The position numbers and the translations under genes are program-made. 64,000 bases of DNA from positions 1 through 64,000 of the IMG/VR virus record IMGVR_UViG_3300020469_002640; one strand, given 5' to 3'. This stretch comes from a virus. Positions 38,850-47,508 of the stretch are shown in pieces. Under the pieces are notes generated by a model, which saw nothing but the letters and a program-made list of their open reading frames with translations, had not been told where the DNA came from and did not search any database. How positions within the stretch are numbered: the first letter of the stretch is position 1; every line of letters starts with the position of its first letter.

Positions 38850-40022
38850 TTACACGTTAGTTTGTAAATATCCTTCGTATCCGCGTTGCTTGTTCCATAT
38901 ATGTGCTTGTCCTGTTCTTTTAGCTTCGTACCCCATTGCTTTATGCCAATCGTCATTTTTGCATATTGAAGGTATAAATCTAACTTTGATTCCTCTATAT
39001 TCGTTTACCATTTCTTTGTGTAGATGCCCGCAATGAGCTTCTCTAGACGTAGTTCTAGCAAACATTTCTGGTTGTTCAGTTGCCATTATAAGCGGCATAT
39101 CTGCAGCTTTAACTTTATCTCCGTGAGTAAATAAAATCATATTAGTTCCATATTCATAATACTTACGATGATCGTGTGAGTTGTTTATATTAACTCTATC
39201 ATCATTTATAAAATATGCATCTAAATACTCTCCTGAATAAAACATTCTTTCATAGTCATGATTACCCTGTATTACAACTACATCTACATCTGCGTATTGT
39301 GCTAAATAATCAATTGCTTTTACCATTAATCCGCAATATCCTACAAATGTTTCTCTCCAATCTGCTGAGTCAAACTGCGGTGTACCTTTAGTTGTAGCTC
39401 TAGTTAGCCCTTCAGAATTCATACCATCGTTACCAATAGGTAATATTATTTTTTCTATATCTAAACCTATAGCCTTTTTCATAAGGTCTTCTATAACATC
39501 CATGTACTCATCTTCAGCTTCTTCTAAACTTTGTCCTGTATATTTACCATAATGAATGTCAGGTAAAGATACTTCGTAAGCAACAGCATCTGGTTTTTCA
39601 GGTGTGCACTTTTTACATTTTTTAGATCTGCCTTCTTTTACTGGGCTGTTTTCTTCTAGCATTTGTATAATAGAATCTTTAAGTCCAGTTAATAAATTAT
39701 CTTCACTTTTAACTACTACTGAAAACCTAGACTCTCCTCCCATATTTTGCCAGTACTTTACTGACTTAATATCTTTTTTGCTAATACTGTTATCTTTAAG
39801 AAACGCATCAAACTCAGTTACTTCATGCGCATCAATATTGTTAACATTTATATTAGCTAGTTGTGAAGTTTCAAAACCCTCCATAAGCTCTATACGAGCT
39901 TCTCTAAGAGCTTCTTTACAAACTTCCGGACTAGCTTCTAGTTTATCAGCTAAACGCTTAGATCCCTCTTTTAAATAGCCTGGTCTTTTAATTAAAAATT
40001 CTTTAATTTCGTTTTTGGTCAT
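38850..40022 (-). CDS. Calcineurin-like metallophosphoesterase
   Basis: Complete motif set: PDIHYG, GND, GNHD, HGD, GHLH. Confidence 0.9.
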   Translation of the reverse strand: MTKNEIKEFLIKRPGYLKEGSKRLADKLEASPEVCKEALREARIELMEGFETSQLANINVNNIDAHEVTEFDAFLKDNSISKKDIKSVKYWQNMGGESRFSVVVKSEDNLLTGLKDSIIQMLEENSPVKEGRSKKCKKCTPEKPDAVAYEVSLPDIHYGKYTGQSLEEAEDEYMDVIEDLMKKAIGLDIEKIILPIGNDGMNSEGLTRATTKGTPQFDSADWRETFVGYCGLMVKAIDYLAQYADVDVVVIQGNHDYERMFYSGEYLDAYFINDDRVNINNSHDHRKYYEYGTNMILFTHGDKVKAADMPLIMATEQPEMFARTTSREAHCGHLHKEMVNEYRGIKVRFIPSICKNDDWHKAMGYEAKRTGQAHIWNKQRGYEGYLQTNV

Positions 40023-40405
40023 TTCTTTCTAATTTTTTCTATAGATCTTCCAGCAAAGTAAGCTCCATAGACAGTTATTAATAAAGTTTGGTATATTGGT
40101 ATATATGCAGGAGCAATACTGAATCCTCCTGCGTTTCCGTCAAATATAGATATAACTACAAACATAGCTGTAAGAAATATACATATTAATGGTCTAATGT
40201 TTTTTGACAACCAGTTATCGGACTTCATGTCTGCTTCCCAACGTCGTGTCACTTGTTCCTGCGCTTGCGACTCAGCTTGCATAAGAACTTCTTCCATCTT
40301 ACGCTTTGCTTCTAGTCTTTCTTCTTCAGTAGTTGTTAGGCTATCTATTACCCCTCCTACTTTTTCTATGACGTTTCCGCCTAATATTTTTAATAACTTA
40401 CTCAT
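40019..40405 (-). CDS. Holin (GTA 3TM holin-like)
   Basis: RWEADMKSDNWLSKNIRPL followed by two hydrophobic helices, YFAGRSIEK and a basic C-terminus. Confidence 0.85.
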   Translation of the reverse strand: MSKLLKILGGNVIEKVGGVIDSLTTTEEERLEAKRKMEEVLMQAESQAQEQVTRRWEADMKSDNWLSKNIRPLICIFLTAMFVVISIFDGNAGGFSIAPAYIPIYQTLLITVYGAYFAGRSIEKIRKK

Positions 40406-40787
40406 AATTTAAAATTAAGTCTAATGTTTTAGTTTCATCTCCTGTAACTTTAATATAAACATCAAATGTAGATTTATATTCAAAATTTTCTAAACCTTCT
40501 AACACATTATAAGATGTCCCTGAAGGAATAGTAATTCCTTTTAAAACATAATAAATTTCACTGTGATCTACATTTTCTATAGGCTTATCATCTACGTCTC
40601 TTTTTGTAACTACGCGAAGTTCTTTTTTTAAATAAATATCTACATCTACAGAATTAGAACAAGTATTAGACAGTAAAAATAAGTTTATAGTACGATTAGG
40701 TACTTTTATACTTGCACGTTTAGATAATAGTTTATAATCAACAGCCCCTGTTGCATCTCCTGCTATATGTCTATAAATACTTCCCAT
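40398..40787 (-). CDS. Hypothetical structural/tail protein (129 aa, beta-rich)
   Basis: Coupled start and stop within the tail operon. Confidence 0.7.
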   Translation of the reverse strand: MGSIYRHIAGDATGAVDYKLLSKRASIKVPNRTINLFLLSNTCSNSVDVDIYLKKELRVVTKRDVDDKPIENVDHSEIYYVLKGITIPSGTSYNVLEGLENFEYKSTFDVYIKVTGDETKTLDLILNYE

Positions 40788-42463
40788 TATTCAGTTTCTA
40801 TTATTTGTACTGCATCTACTGCTAAGTCTGCTCTATAACTTGTACCATTTTGACTTACAAAATATATATAATAATCTGCACCATTTCTATAGCTATTTAA
40901 GCTAATTGTTTTTTCTTGCCATACGCTACTATTACTTGTAAATCCAGACCAGTGTCTATTAGTGCTCGCATCTCCTGTATGTAAGTATTGTGCTAATTCT
41001 GTAGCATTACTATGATTTGCTGTAGCAGCTGTATGTATGTATACAAATAAATCTCCCATATTTGTACCATATCCATGTGCCCAAAATTTTAAATTTAAAT
41101 CATTAGTAGCGTCAATCATATTATTACTATTAAATGCAGGCATTCTTGCTACAAAACAATATGCATGTCTACCACCTGTAACTTCAGTATACATGTATTT
41201 GTCTAGGTTAGTAGTTGTATAGTGGCCCCCATTTGAAATATTTACTCCTCCAGTAGGCCCTGTTCCACTTGATCCTGTACCATCTTGTCCTAAATTCCAA
41301 CCTTTAACAGTTTTGTTAGATGTTCTAGCCCAATATGTACCGTCTGTGGCACTTGTTCCATTTACCCATCCATTGCTAGGAGACCAACTTGAAGTATAAC
41401 CTTCTTGCGTACTCTCCCCTTCAAACTGATATGTTGCTGTATGTAAAGGGTATATTACTGCTCCAAACAATGCGCCACTCGTTAGTACTCCATTATTTGA
41501 ATTACTCGATGAATCAAATACAGTAGTACCAGAGTTTTCTTCAAACTTCCAATAGCCAACTAAATTAGAACTGTTGTCATAATTACCACTGTCAGCTAAT
41601 AAGTTCATTGGTTGCCCACTATTATATACAGCAGCTATAGCATCCGCATCTAAATCAGTATCCCATATTGCACAATCATTCATAACACCATCTAAAAATT
41701 GACTGTATGTATGACTTGTAGCGTGAGATCTAATACCAAAATATATATGCGTCATTGTAGCAGTCATAGTTGAAAAACTTTGAGCTACTCCTCTTGCATT
41801 ATGTGCAGGACTACTGCTCTGACCTTCTTGTCTTAGAACTCCGTCTAAATACAATTTCATTTTACCATTGTAGTCTGTACTTTGATAAGTAAATGTTTCA
41901 CTTGTATCCCAAGTAGCTGCTATGTGATGCCATTGTCCATCTGTAAACCATCCCGCCTGCGCACCACTAAATTCTGTGTCAGAAGCAGCAGTTCCGTAAT
42001 CTGTATATATTCTACTATAAGGTATGCCATGATCTGTTGGAGAATCATTTTTAGCATTGCAAATAGAAGTAATTTTAGACCCGCTAGCATCAGTAGTGTA
42101 ATCTATTCTTACAGGCCAAGCTCGTCCTACTGCATGCACTACAGGCATTAAAATTGTAATAACATTATCAGTAGTGCCTGTGTCTGCATAATTATTTATT
42201 GAAAGAAAGTAGATAGCTTTAGCATTAGATTCTGAATCATCTAGCTTAACCCAAAAAGAAATAGTACCTCTTGTTTTATTTATTGGGTCTGAAGATAATG
42301 TAACATCTACGTAATCATTTGTACCATCAAGTGTTACACCGTAAGCATCTGTATAGCTTTCAATAGTTTGACCAGACATATTAGCAATAGTAGATTTAGC
42401 CTGGCTATCTACCTTGGCTATATCAGCTATTGCTTTATCGTCTATTTTACTTATTGTCCCCAT
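40787..42463 (-). CDS. Tail/adhesion protein with LamG (concanavalin A-like) and MAM domains
   Basis: LDGTNDYV..TISFWVK..DGQWHHIAATWD..KLYLDG..GVMNDCAIWD (LamG). TGSSGTGP..YMYTE..LKFWAHGYGTNMGDLFVY..WQEKTISL..DLAVDAVQI (MAM). Confidence 0.8.
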   Translation of the reverse strand: MGTISKIDDKAIADIAKVDSQAKSTIANMSGQTIESYTDAYGVTLDGTNDYVDVTLSSDPINKTRGTISFWVKLDDSESNAKAIYFLSINNYADTGTTDNVITILMPVVHAVGRAWPVRIDYTTDASGSKITSICNAKNDSPTDHGIPYSRIYTDYGTAASDTEFSGAQAGWFTDGQWHHIAATWDTSETFTYQSTDYNGKMKLYLDGVLRQEGQSSSPAHNARGVAQSFSTMTATMTHIYFGIRSHATSHTYSQFLDGVMNDCAIWDTDLDADAIAAVYNSGQPMNLLADSGNYDNSSNLVGYWKFEENSGTTVFDSSSNSNNGVLTSGALFGAVIYPLHTATYQFEGESTQEGYTSSWSPSNGWVNGTSATDGTYWARTSNKTVKGWNLGQDGTGSSGTGPTGGVNISNGGHYTTTNLDKYMYTEVTGGRHAYCFVARMPAFNSNNMIDATNDLNLKFWAHGYGTNMGDLFVYIHTAATANHSNATELAQYLHTGDASTNRHWSGFTSNSSVWQEKTISLNSYRNGADYYIYFVSQNGTSYRADLAVDAVQIIETE

Positions 42464-44985
42464 TATGCTATTTCTATCCAGTCCATTGACGGGTTAAAAT
42501 ATAATTGATCGTTATCTGTATCTAATGCATATCCTAATACTCTTATTATATCTCCAGAACCTGTTGGAGGATCAACTGTTGCTACACCACCATCTGTTGC
42601 TGATAAATATACTATACTACCTTTAGCTTCTGTACCTTCTATTTCTACGTGGTGTGTAACCATGCCTCGTATAAGCATACCATCTGTGCTAGGATCTGCA
42701 TCTATTGCAACTGCTAAAAGCCCAGATGCATAATCAGCACTATCCGCGTCTGATAGTTCCCAATAGCCTGTAGATTTATAACAATATATTAAACCTGCCA
42801 CTGTATCACCACCACTTGGGCCTTGACCAAAAAATACTACATCTCCATTTGCATCACCACTAGTGCTTGTACTAGTAGGTGCAAGTTCACGAATTGGAGC
42901 TCTCAACCTAGGTATTGTAGTACTACTATCACTATTAAATGTTATACACGTTGTACCATCGTCATCTTTTATATCGTTACCTTTAACTTGAAGATCACCT
43001 TCTATAAGTAAATCTTTATTTTGATCTATGGTAGCAGCTATAGCTACAGTACTAGTAGTATTTGGTGTAACATAAAATTCTAACTTACTACCACCTGCAC
43101 TATTTGTTGCGTGAGTTTCTGTTGCTATACCTTTTATTTGCAAGGTTACGTTACTGTCATCCGCACTTTTCCAATTAAGATCACCTAGACTATTAGTAGC
43201 TACAATTGAAGTGTCTGTAGATTGAAATTGAAGTCCAGGTGTTGCCCCTTCTATATATACTTGGTCAGCAAGATAAACATAATCAAGACCACGTTTCATA
43301 TAAATTTGACGATTAAAAGTATTATCATTTATAGTACCTATAGCAAACTCGTCAGCATCTTCATTGTAAACTATTTTAGCTCCATACCGAGGAGCATTTA
43401 TACTATAAGTACCTGTTTCGTAAAATGTTATACCACCACTACTATCATCATCATCTGTACCTCCAGTATCGTTACAATATATAGAAATCCAACTATTTGA
43501 TGCATTACTTGGTCCGCCCACTACTATGTTACCTGCAAAAGTACTTTGTGACGCAAAATAGCTACCTCCCTCAAAATAACTATCTCCTCCACCTACATAA
43601 AATGCATAAGCATTAGTAATAGTTTGATTTGTACCTGCTGCTGGTGCTCCTTTTATATAAACTGTAGAAGCTGTAGTAGTTGTTACAGATGCGTTTGAAG
43701 CTAATAAAATAGGCTGCTCAAACATAACGTGATGGTAGTTAGCATGTGTTCCAGAAGCAGAAGTAGTAGCATCTGTCATCGCCATAGAGTCTATATGTAA
43801 TGCCTGCCCATCAGCGCTTACTACAAGATTTCTATCATCATCTATTACAATTCCTTTTAAAGTAAAAATACTAGACAAACTTTTATCCCCTGCTGTTAAA
43901 GTTGTAGCTGTTGCAGCATTACCTGTAGTATCTTGATTTAATGTAGGAACATTATTTGCATGGATAGTCCCAGCACCGTCTGATGTTAAGTCTACAGGTA
44001 TAGTTAGATTGTTTGTAATAGAAGAAGCTCCTAAGTCTAAAGCTATTTTACCGCTCTCTATAACAAGACCGCCATTTGCTTTAAGGTCTACAGAAATTAA
44101 ATTAAGAGACATAGATATACCATCCATGCCTAAGTATACATATGGCACTGCAAATGTTCCGTCTTTTCTTAAAAATTTAGTTTCATGTATACTAGAGCCA
44201 GCAGGAACTAATCCAGCTGCATAACTGTTACCACTGCCCATTGCATCAGAAGTTAAAGTACCAGTAACAGTAAGGTTACCAGCGATAGTTGTTAGTGATG
44301 TTGCAGTATTGCCTATAGTTACATCTACTTTATCTTCAGCATCGCCACTTTGTATTATTAAGCCAGGTTGTAATTCAGCATCATGACTAGCCACAAAAAG
44401 TGATAATTTACCTTCTTCAGCACCATCGCTAGCGTCAACTACTTCACCTAGTATTTGAGCAAAATCATGCTCATCATTAGCTGCATCATCAAACCCAGAG
44501 AAACGTATTTTACCAAGATCATCACCGTCTGCTGAAGCAGAATTTTTATAAAGATGTAATTCAGGTGCTTCCGCATCTGTATTATCACTGTTAAGTGATA
44601 ACATAGGTCTTGCTGAAGTACTAGACGACACTAATAAAATATTACCATCCCATTTTAAACCAGCTTCAGAAGTTACAGTACCATCGCCATTATCGGTTAA
44701 CACTTGATTAACCGCTCCATCAACACCTGCGCCATGTAAATCTGTAATGTTATTTGTATGGATAGTATTAGCAGCACTTTGATCAGCTGTCCAATCTAAT
44801 ATTTCATCAGAAGCTATACCTAAATCAGATAATACATTATTTCCACTTCTATAACCAACTTTACCGTCACTATCTGCAACTAAAAATTTATCTGTATCCG
44901 AACCAGGATCAGTTAAATTTTCTAGATACACAGAAGATCTAAACCTTGCTTTTAAGGATTGTATGTATTGGCCTATAAATTTCAC
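42463..44985 (-). CDS. Tail fibre / receptor-binding protein
   Basis: Gly/Ser/Thr/Asp-rich, repeated beta segments (LGKIRFSG / LGDLNWKS; GKLSLFV / SKLEFYV), C-term GLLAVA..GMLIRG..VYLS..PTGSGDIIRVLGY..YFNPS. Confidence 0.75.
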   Translation of the reverse strand: MKFIGQYIQSLKARFRSSVYLENLTDPGSDTDKFLVADSDGKVGYRSGNNVLSDLGIASDEILDWTADQSAANTIHTNNITDLHGAGVDGAVNQVLTDNGDGTVTSEAGLKWDGNILLVSSSTSARPMLSLNSDNTDAEAPELHLYKNSASADGDDLGKIRFSGFDDAANDEHDFAQILGEVVDASDGAEEGKLSLFVASHDAELQPGLIIQSGDAEDKVDVTIGNTATSLTTIAGNLTVTGTLTSDAMGSGNSYAAGLVPAGSSIHETKFLRKDGTFAVPYVYLGMDGISMSLNLISVDLKANGGLVIESGKIALDLGASSITNNLTIPVDLTSDGAGTIHANNVPTLNQDTTGNAATATTLTAGDKSLSSIFTLKGIVIDDDRNLVVSADGQALHIDSMAMTDATTSASGTHANYHHVMFEQPILLASNASVTTTTASTVYIKGAPAAGTNQTITNAYAFYVGGGDSYFEGGSYFASQSTFAGNIVVGGPSNASNSWISIYCNDTGGTDDDDSSGGITFYETGTYSINAPRYGAKIVYNEDADEFAIGTINDNTFNRQIYMKRGLDYVYLADQVYIEGATPGLQFQSTDTSIVATNSLGDLNWKSADDSNVTLQIKGIATETHATNSAGGSKLEFYVTPNTTSTVAIAATIDQNKDLLIEGDLQVKGNDIKDDDGTTCITFNSDSSTTIPRLRAPIRELAPTSTSTSGDANGDVVFFGQGPSGGDTVAGLIYCYKSTGYWELSDADSADYASGLLAVAIDADPSTDGMLIRGMVTHHVEIEGTEAKGSIVYLSATDGGVATVDPPTGSGDIIRVLGYALDTDNDQLYFNPSMDWIEIA

Positions 44986-45452
44986 TATAAACTAGTAATT
45001 ATATCTGCAACTTTATAAGCTGTATCTCCGTCTTTATCTTTATAAGCTTCTAAAACTTGCTTTCTATTGTTATTATCTTTTAATGAAATATGTATCCAAG
45101 CAAAATCAAATTCATTGATCATTTGATCAAATTTTATTCCTGATTTTAATACCCATTCATATATTTCTTGATTACACATCTTACCTTCTTTCCAAAATTG
45201 CAAATCACAAGCCTCGCCTTTGCAATGCTGCGACTTAGAACTACCACCAATTGCACGATTGAGTTCCGGGTTGCGATAACCACTACTAATCCTGATAGGA
45301 CCAAGAGCGTCGCGCATAGGCTGTATAAGATTTGTAATAATCCTTTGGATGCCTTCCATATGTTTTTTTGTTGGCTCATTTTTTATGCCTAACCGTCTAG
45401 CTGTATTGCTCCGAGTAATTTCAGACAATACAAAATTTTTACTAAGTCTCAT
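44985..45452 (-). CDS. Endolysin, peptidase M15 (Zn-dependent peptidase)
   Basis: LSKNFVLSE...ISSGYRNPELNRAIGGSSKSQHCKGEACD...WIHIS (SxHxxGxAxD plus a distal His). Confidence 0.92.
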   Translation of the reverse strand: MRLSKNFVLSEITRSNTARRLGIKNEPTKKHMEGIQRIITNLIQPMRDALGPIRISSGYRNPELNRAIGGSSKSQHCKGEACDLQFWKEGKMCNQEIYEWVLKSGIKFDQMINEFDFAWIHISLKDNNNRKQVLEAYKDKDGDTAYKVADIITSL

Positions 45453-45455
45453 TTA

Positions 45456-45824
45456 CTACTCTTTAGTGAATGTTGCATATTCTACTATACATGCACCTGT
45501 ATCAGCTCTAAGATGTAAACCTGTACTTGGAGCTACACAAAAAAGTATAGCTTCTTGTGCGTGTAGTCTAGCAAAAGGAGTTTCTCCTTGCGCATCAGTT
45601 TTTAAGTATACTAAATTTCCAGTGTCTATATTTTTAAGATATACGTAAACACTAGAGCTTACACTGTTTGCTACAATTACTGTATCAGCATTTATTGCTA
45701 CACTTTCTCTAGAAAGCCCTGTAACCGGATTTGTTACTGCAAGTACGTCAGAAACGTTTAAACTTAAAGCGTTTGTAGAAACTGTTGTAGAATTTATTGA
45801 TAATGTTGTGTTTAATTTTGCCAT
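45456..45824 (-). CDS. Hypothetical beta-rich structural protein (122 aa)
   Basis: Operon position; A-rich leader; no signal peptide. Confidence 0.75.
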   Translation of the reverse strand: MAKLNTTLSINSTTVSTNALSLNVSDVLAVTNPVTGLSRESVAINADTVIVANSVSSSVYVYLKNIDTGNLVYLKTDAQGETPFARLHAQEAILFCVAPSTGLHLRADTGACIVEYATFTKE

Positions 45825-45845
45825 TTTTTAATTTATTATTAATTG

Positions 45846-46181
45846 CTAAAATGCTTCCATTACAATTTCATCTATAGAATCTTGTACTTCTTTTTTAGTA
45901 GCTTCCATAGTCATCATAATATTAGCTTGAAATCTTTTTACTTCTTCATTGTTGTTAAATATAACGATAGTAGGAACAACTACTATTTTATATTCTTTAG
46001 ACCATCTTGAGTCTGCAGCTATATCAACTCTTTGAGTTTCACAGTCTGACAGTTTTGGTAGCCAAGCTACTTCATTAGTTTTGTTAAAACTAGCATTAAA
46101 CTCAACAGCAACCATTCCATCAGGAAAATCTTGAGCTAAAACGCTAGTACAAATACAAAATAAAAAAAATAGTTTTTTCAT
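45846..46181 (-). CDS. Exported thioredoxin-fold protein lacking CxxC
   Basis: Signal peptide MKKLFFLFCICTSVLA|Q. VAVEFNASFN in place of VDFWAxWCxxC. YKIVVVPTIVIF..EEVKRF (Trx cis-Pro segment). Confidence 0.8.
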   Translation of the reverse strand: MKKLFFLFCICTSVLAQDFPDGMVAVEFNASFNKTNEVAWLPKLSDCETQRVDIAADSRWSKEYKIVVVPTIVIFNNNEEVKRFQANIMMTMEATKKEVQDSIDEIVMEAF

Positions 46182-46186
46182 AATAC

Positions 46187-46471
46187 TTATTTTAGTTGAT
46201 CAATCTTATCTTCCATCCTCAGCATTTGTGTTTTAATTTCTTTAACATCATCTTGTGTTGTCATAATAGTTTGACGTATAAGTTGATCTTTCATATCATA
46301 CTCCATGCGAGTAATTTCTGGGTCTGGAGGTAATGGTAATTTTTTAGCTTCTGCTATATCACTTTGTAATACAAACCATCCACTAATTATTGCCGCCATA
46401 AGGACAGCAATGCCTGCTAAAGTTTTTATACTTATTTGTACTGCTGTATCCTCATTTAATTCTTTTGCCAT
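46187..46471 (-). CDS. Membrane-anchored coiled-coil protein (94 aa)
   Basis: One N-proximal TM (TLAGIAVLMAAIISGWFVL), Pro linker LPLPPDP, C-terminal heptads (VKEIKTQMLRMEDKIDQLK). Confidence 0.75.
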   Translation of the reverse strand: MAKELNEDTAVQISIKTLAGIAVLMAAIISGWFVLQSDIAEAKKLPLPPDPEITRMEYDMKDQLIRQTIMTTQDDVKEIKTQMLRMEDKIDQLK

Positions 46472-46473
46472 TT

Positions 46474-47508
46474 TTAAAATATTATATAATTAATTCCTAC
46501 ACTAAAGTTGTGCCACTGTCTATTCCAATATTTATTGTATCTACCTTCTATAAACACACCTAAACTTTTATTAAATCTATATCCATATATAAGTCCTGCT
46601 GAATAGTCTAACCACTGTCCGTTATTAAACTTGTGATAAGAGTATGTATTGTCTGTATCTATATGATAAGGCATAATATTACCCCAGCTATGAAACCAAA
46701 AATCTTTTGTAAAATGATAATAATCAAATCCTAATACTGCAGAATACTCTACTGTGTTAGATAAAGCATTTCTTTGCTTTTCTACATAATCATCTATTAC
46801 TTGTGGTATTACAACTTCTTCCCATACTTCTTGGCTATTTGCTACTATTTCTCCACTGGGTGCTGAATATTGTCCATCTAATGTTATATTGTATCCCTCT
46901 TGCAGTGCCAAATATGTATAGTGTAATGTCCCATTGTCCAGCACCCAATCTGCCAGGGGGTCAAAACCATATGGCTCTGCAAGCCTTTGAACAGCTCCAA
47001 TATTAAACGATAGTTTACCTTCTTTTATTTTTAACCTAAATCTTTCTGACGCTTCAAAATATTTTATATCTGCAAACCCATCTTCTAAATACTCTACTTT
47101 GCTAACCCACTTATCTGCAACATAACGTACAAAGTGGTGTTGATTAGTATAATTAATTCCTAATCGTCTTACAAAATCAGCTTCGAACAAATACTCAAAA
47201 CCATCAACTCTACCAATGGTTGCGGCATCAGAATAAGAATTCTCTGTACCATTATAAAAAGTGTTGGCTCTGTTCTCATATCCAAATCGTTTTATCTTTC
47301 TAATACCTATAGATATATTGTAGTCAAACGGCGTTTTAACAACTTGCTCTTGCAGTGTGCCAGATGTTACAGACCATATTTGATCATCTCCCATAGATGT
47401 GCCTCCATTAATAGCTGCATAAAATGTAGAGTACTTAAATATTTTATTAAGTCCTTGAGCATTTCCTAAAAAGGGAATAAACAATAATATGACTAACAGT
47501 CTTTTCAT
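46474..47508 (-). CDS. Outer-membrane beta-barrel protein
   Basis: Signal peptide MKRLLVILLFIPFLGNA|Q. Amphipathic aromatic-rich strands. C-terminal strand NFSVGINYIIF ending in Phe (BAM beta-signal-like). Confidence 0.8.
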   Translation of the reverse strand: MKRLLVILLFIPFLGNAQGLNKIFKYSTFYAAINGGTSMGDDQIWSVTSGTLQEQVVKTPFDYNISIGIRKIKRFGYENRANTFYNGTENSYSDAATIGRVDGFEYLFEADFVRRLGINYTNQHHFVRYVADKWVSKVEYLEDGFADIKYFEASERFRLKIKEGKLSFNIGAVQRLAEPYGFDPLADWVLDNGTLHYTYLALQEGYNITLDGQYSAPSGEIVANSQEVWEEVVIPQVIDDYVEKQRNALSNTVEYSAVLGFDYYHFTKDFWFHSWGNIMPYHIDTDNTYSYHKFNNGQWLDYSAGLIYGYRFNKSLGVFIEGRYNKYWNRQWHNFSVGINYIIF

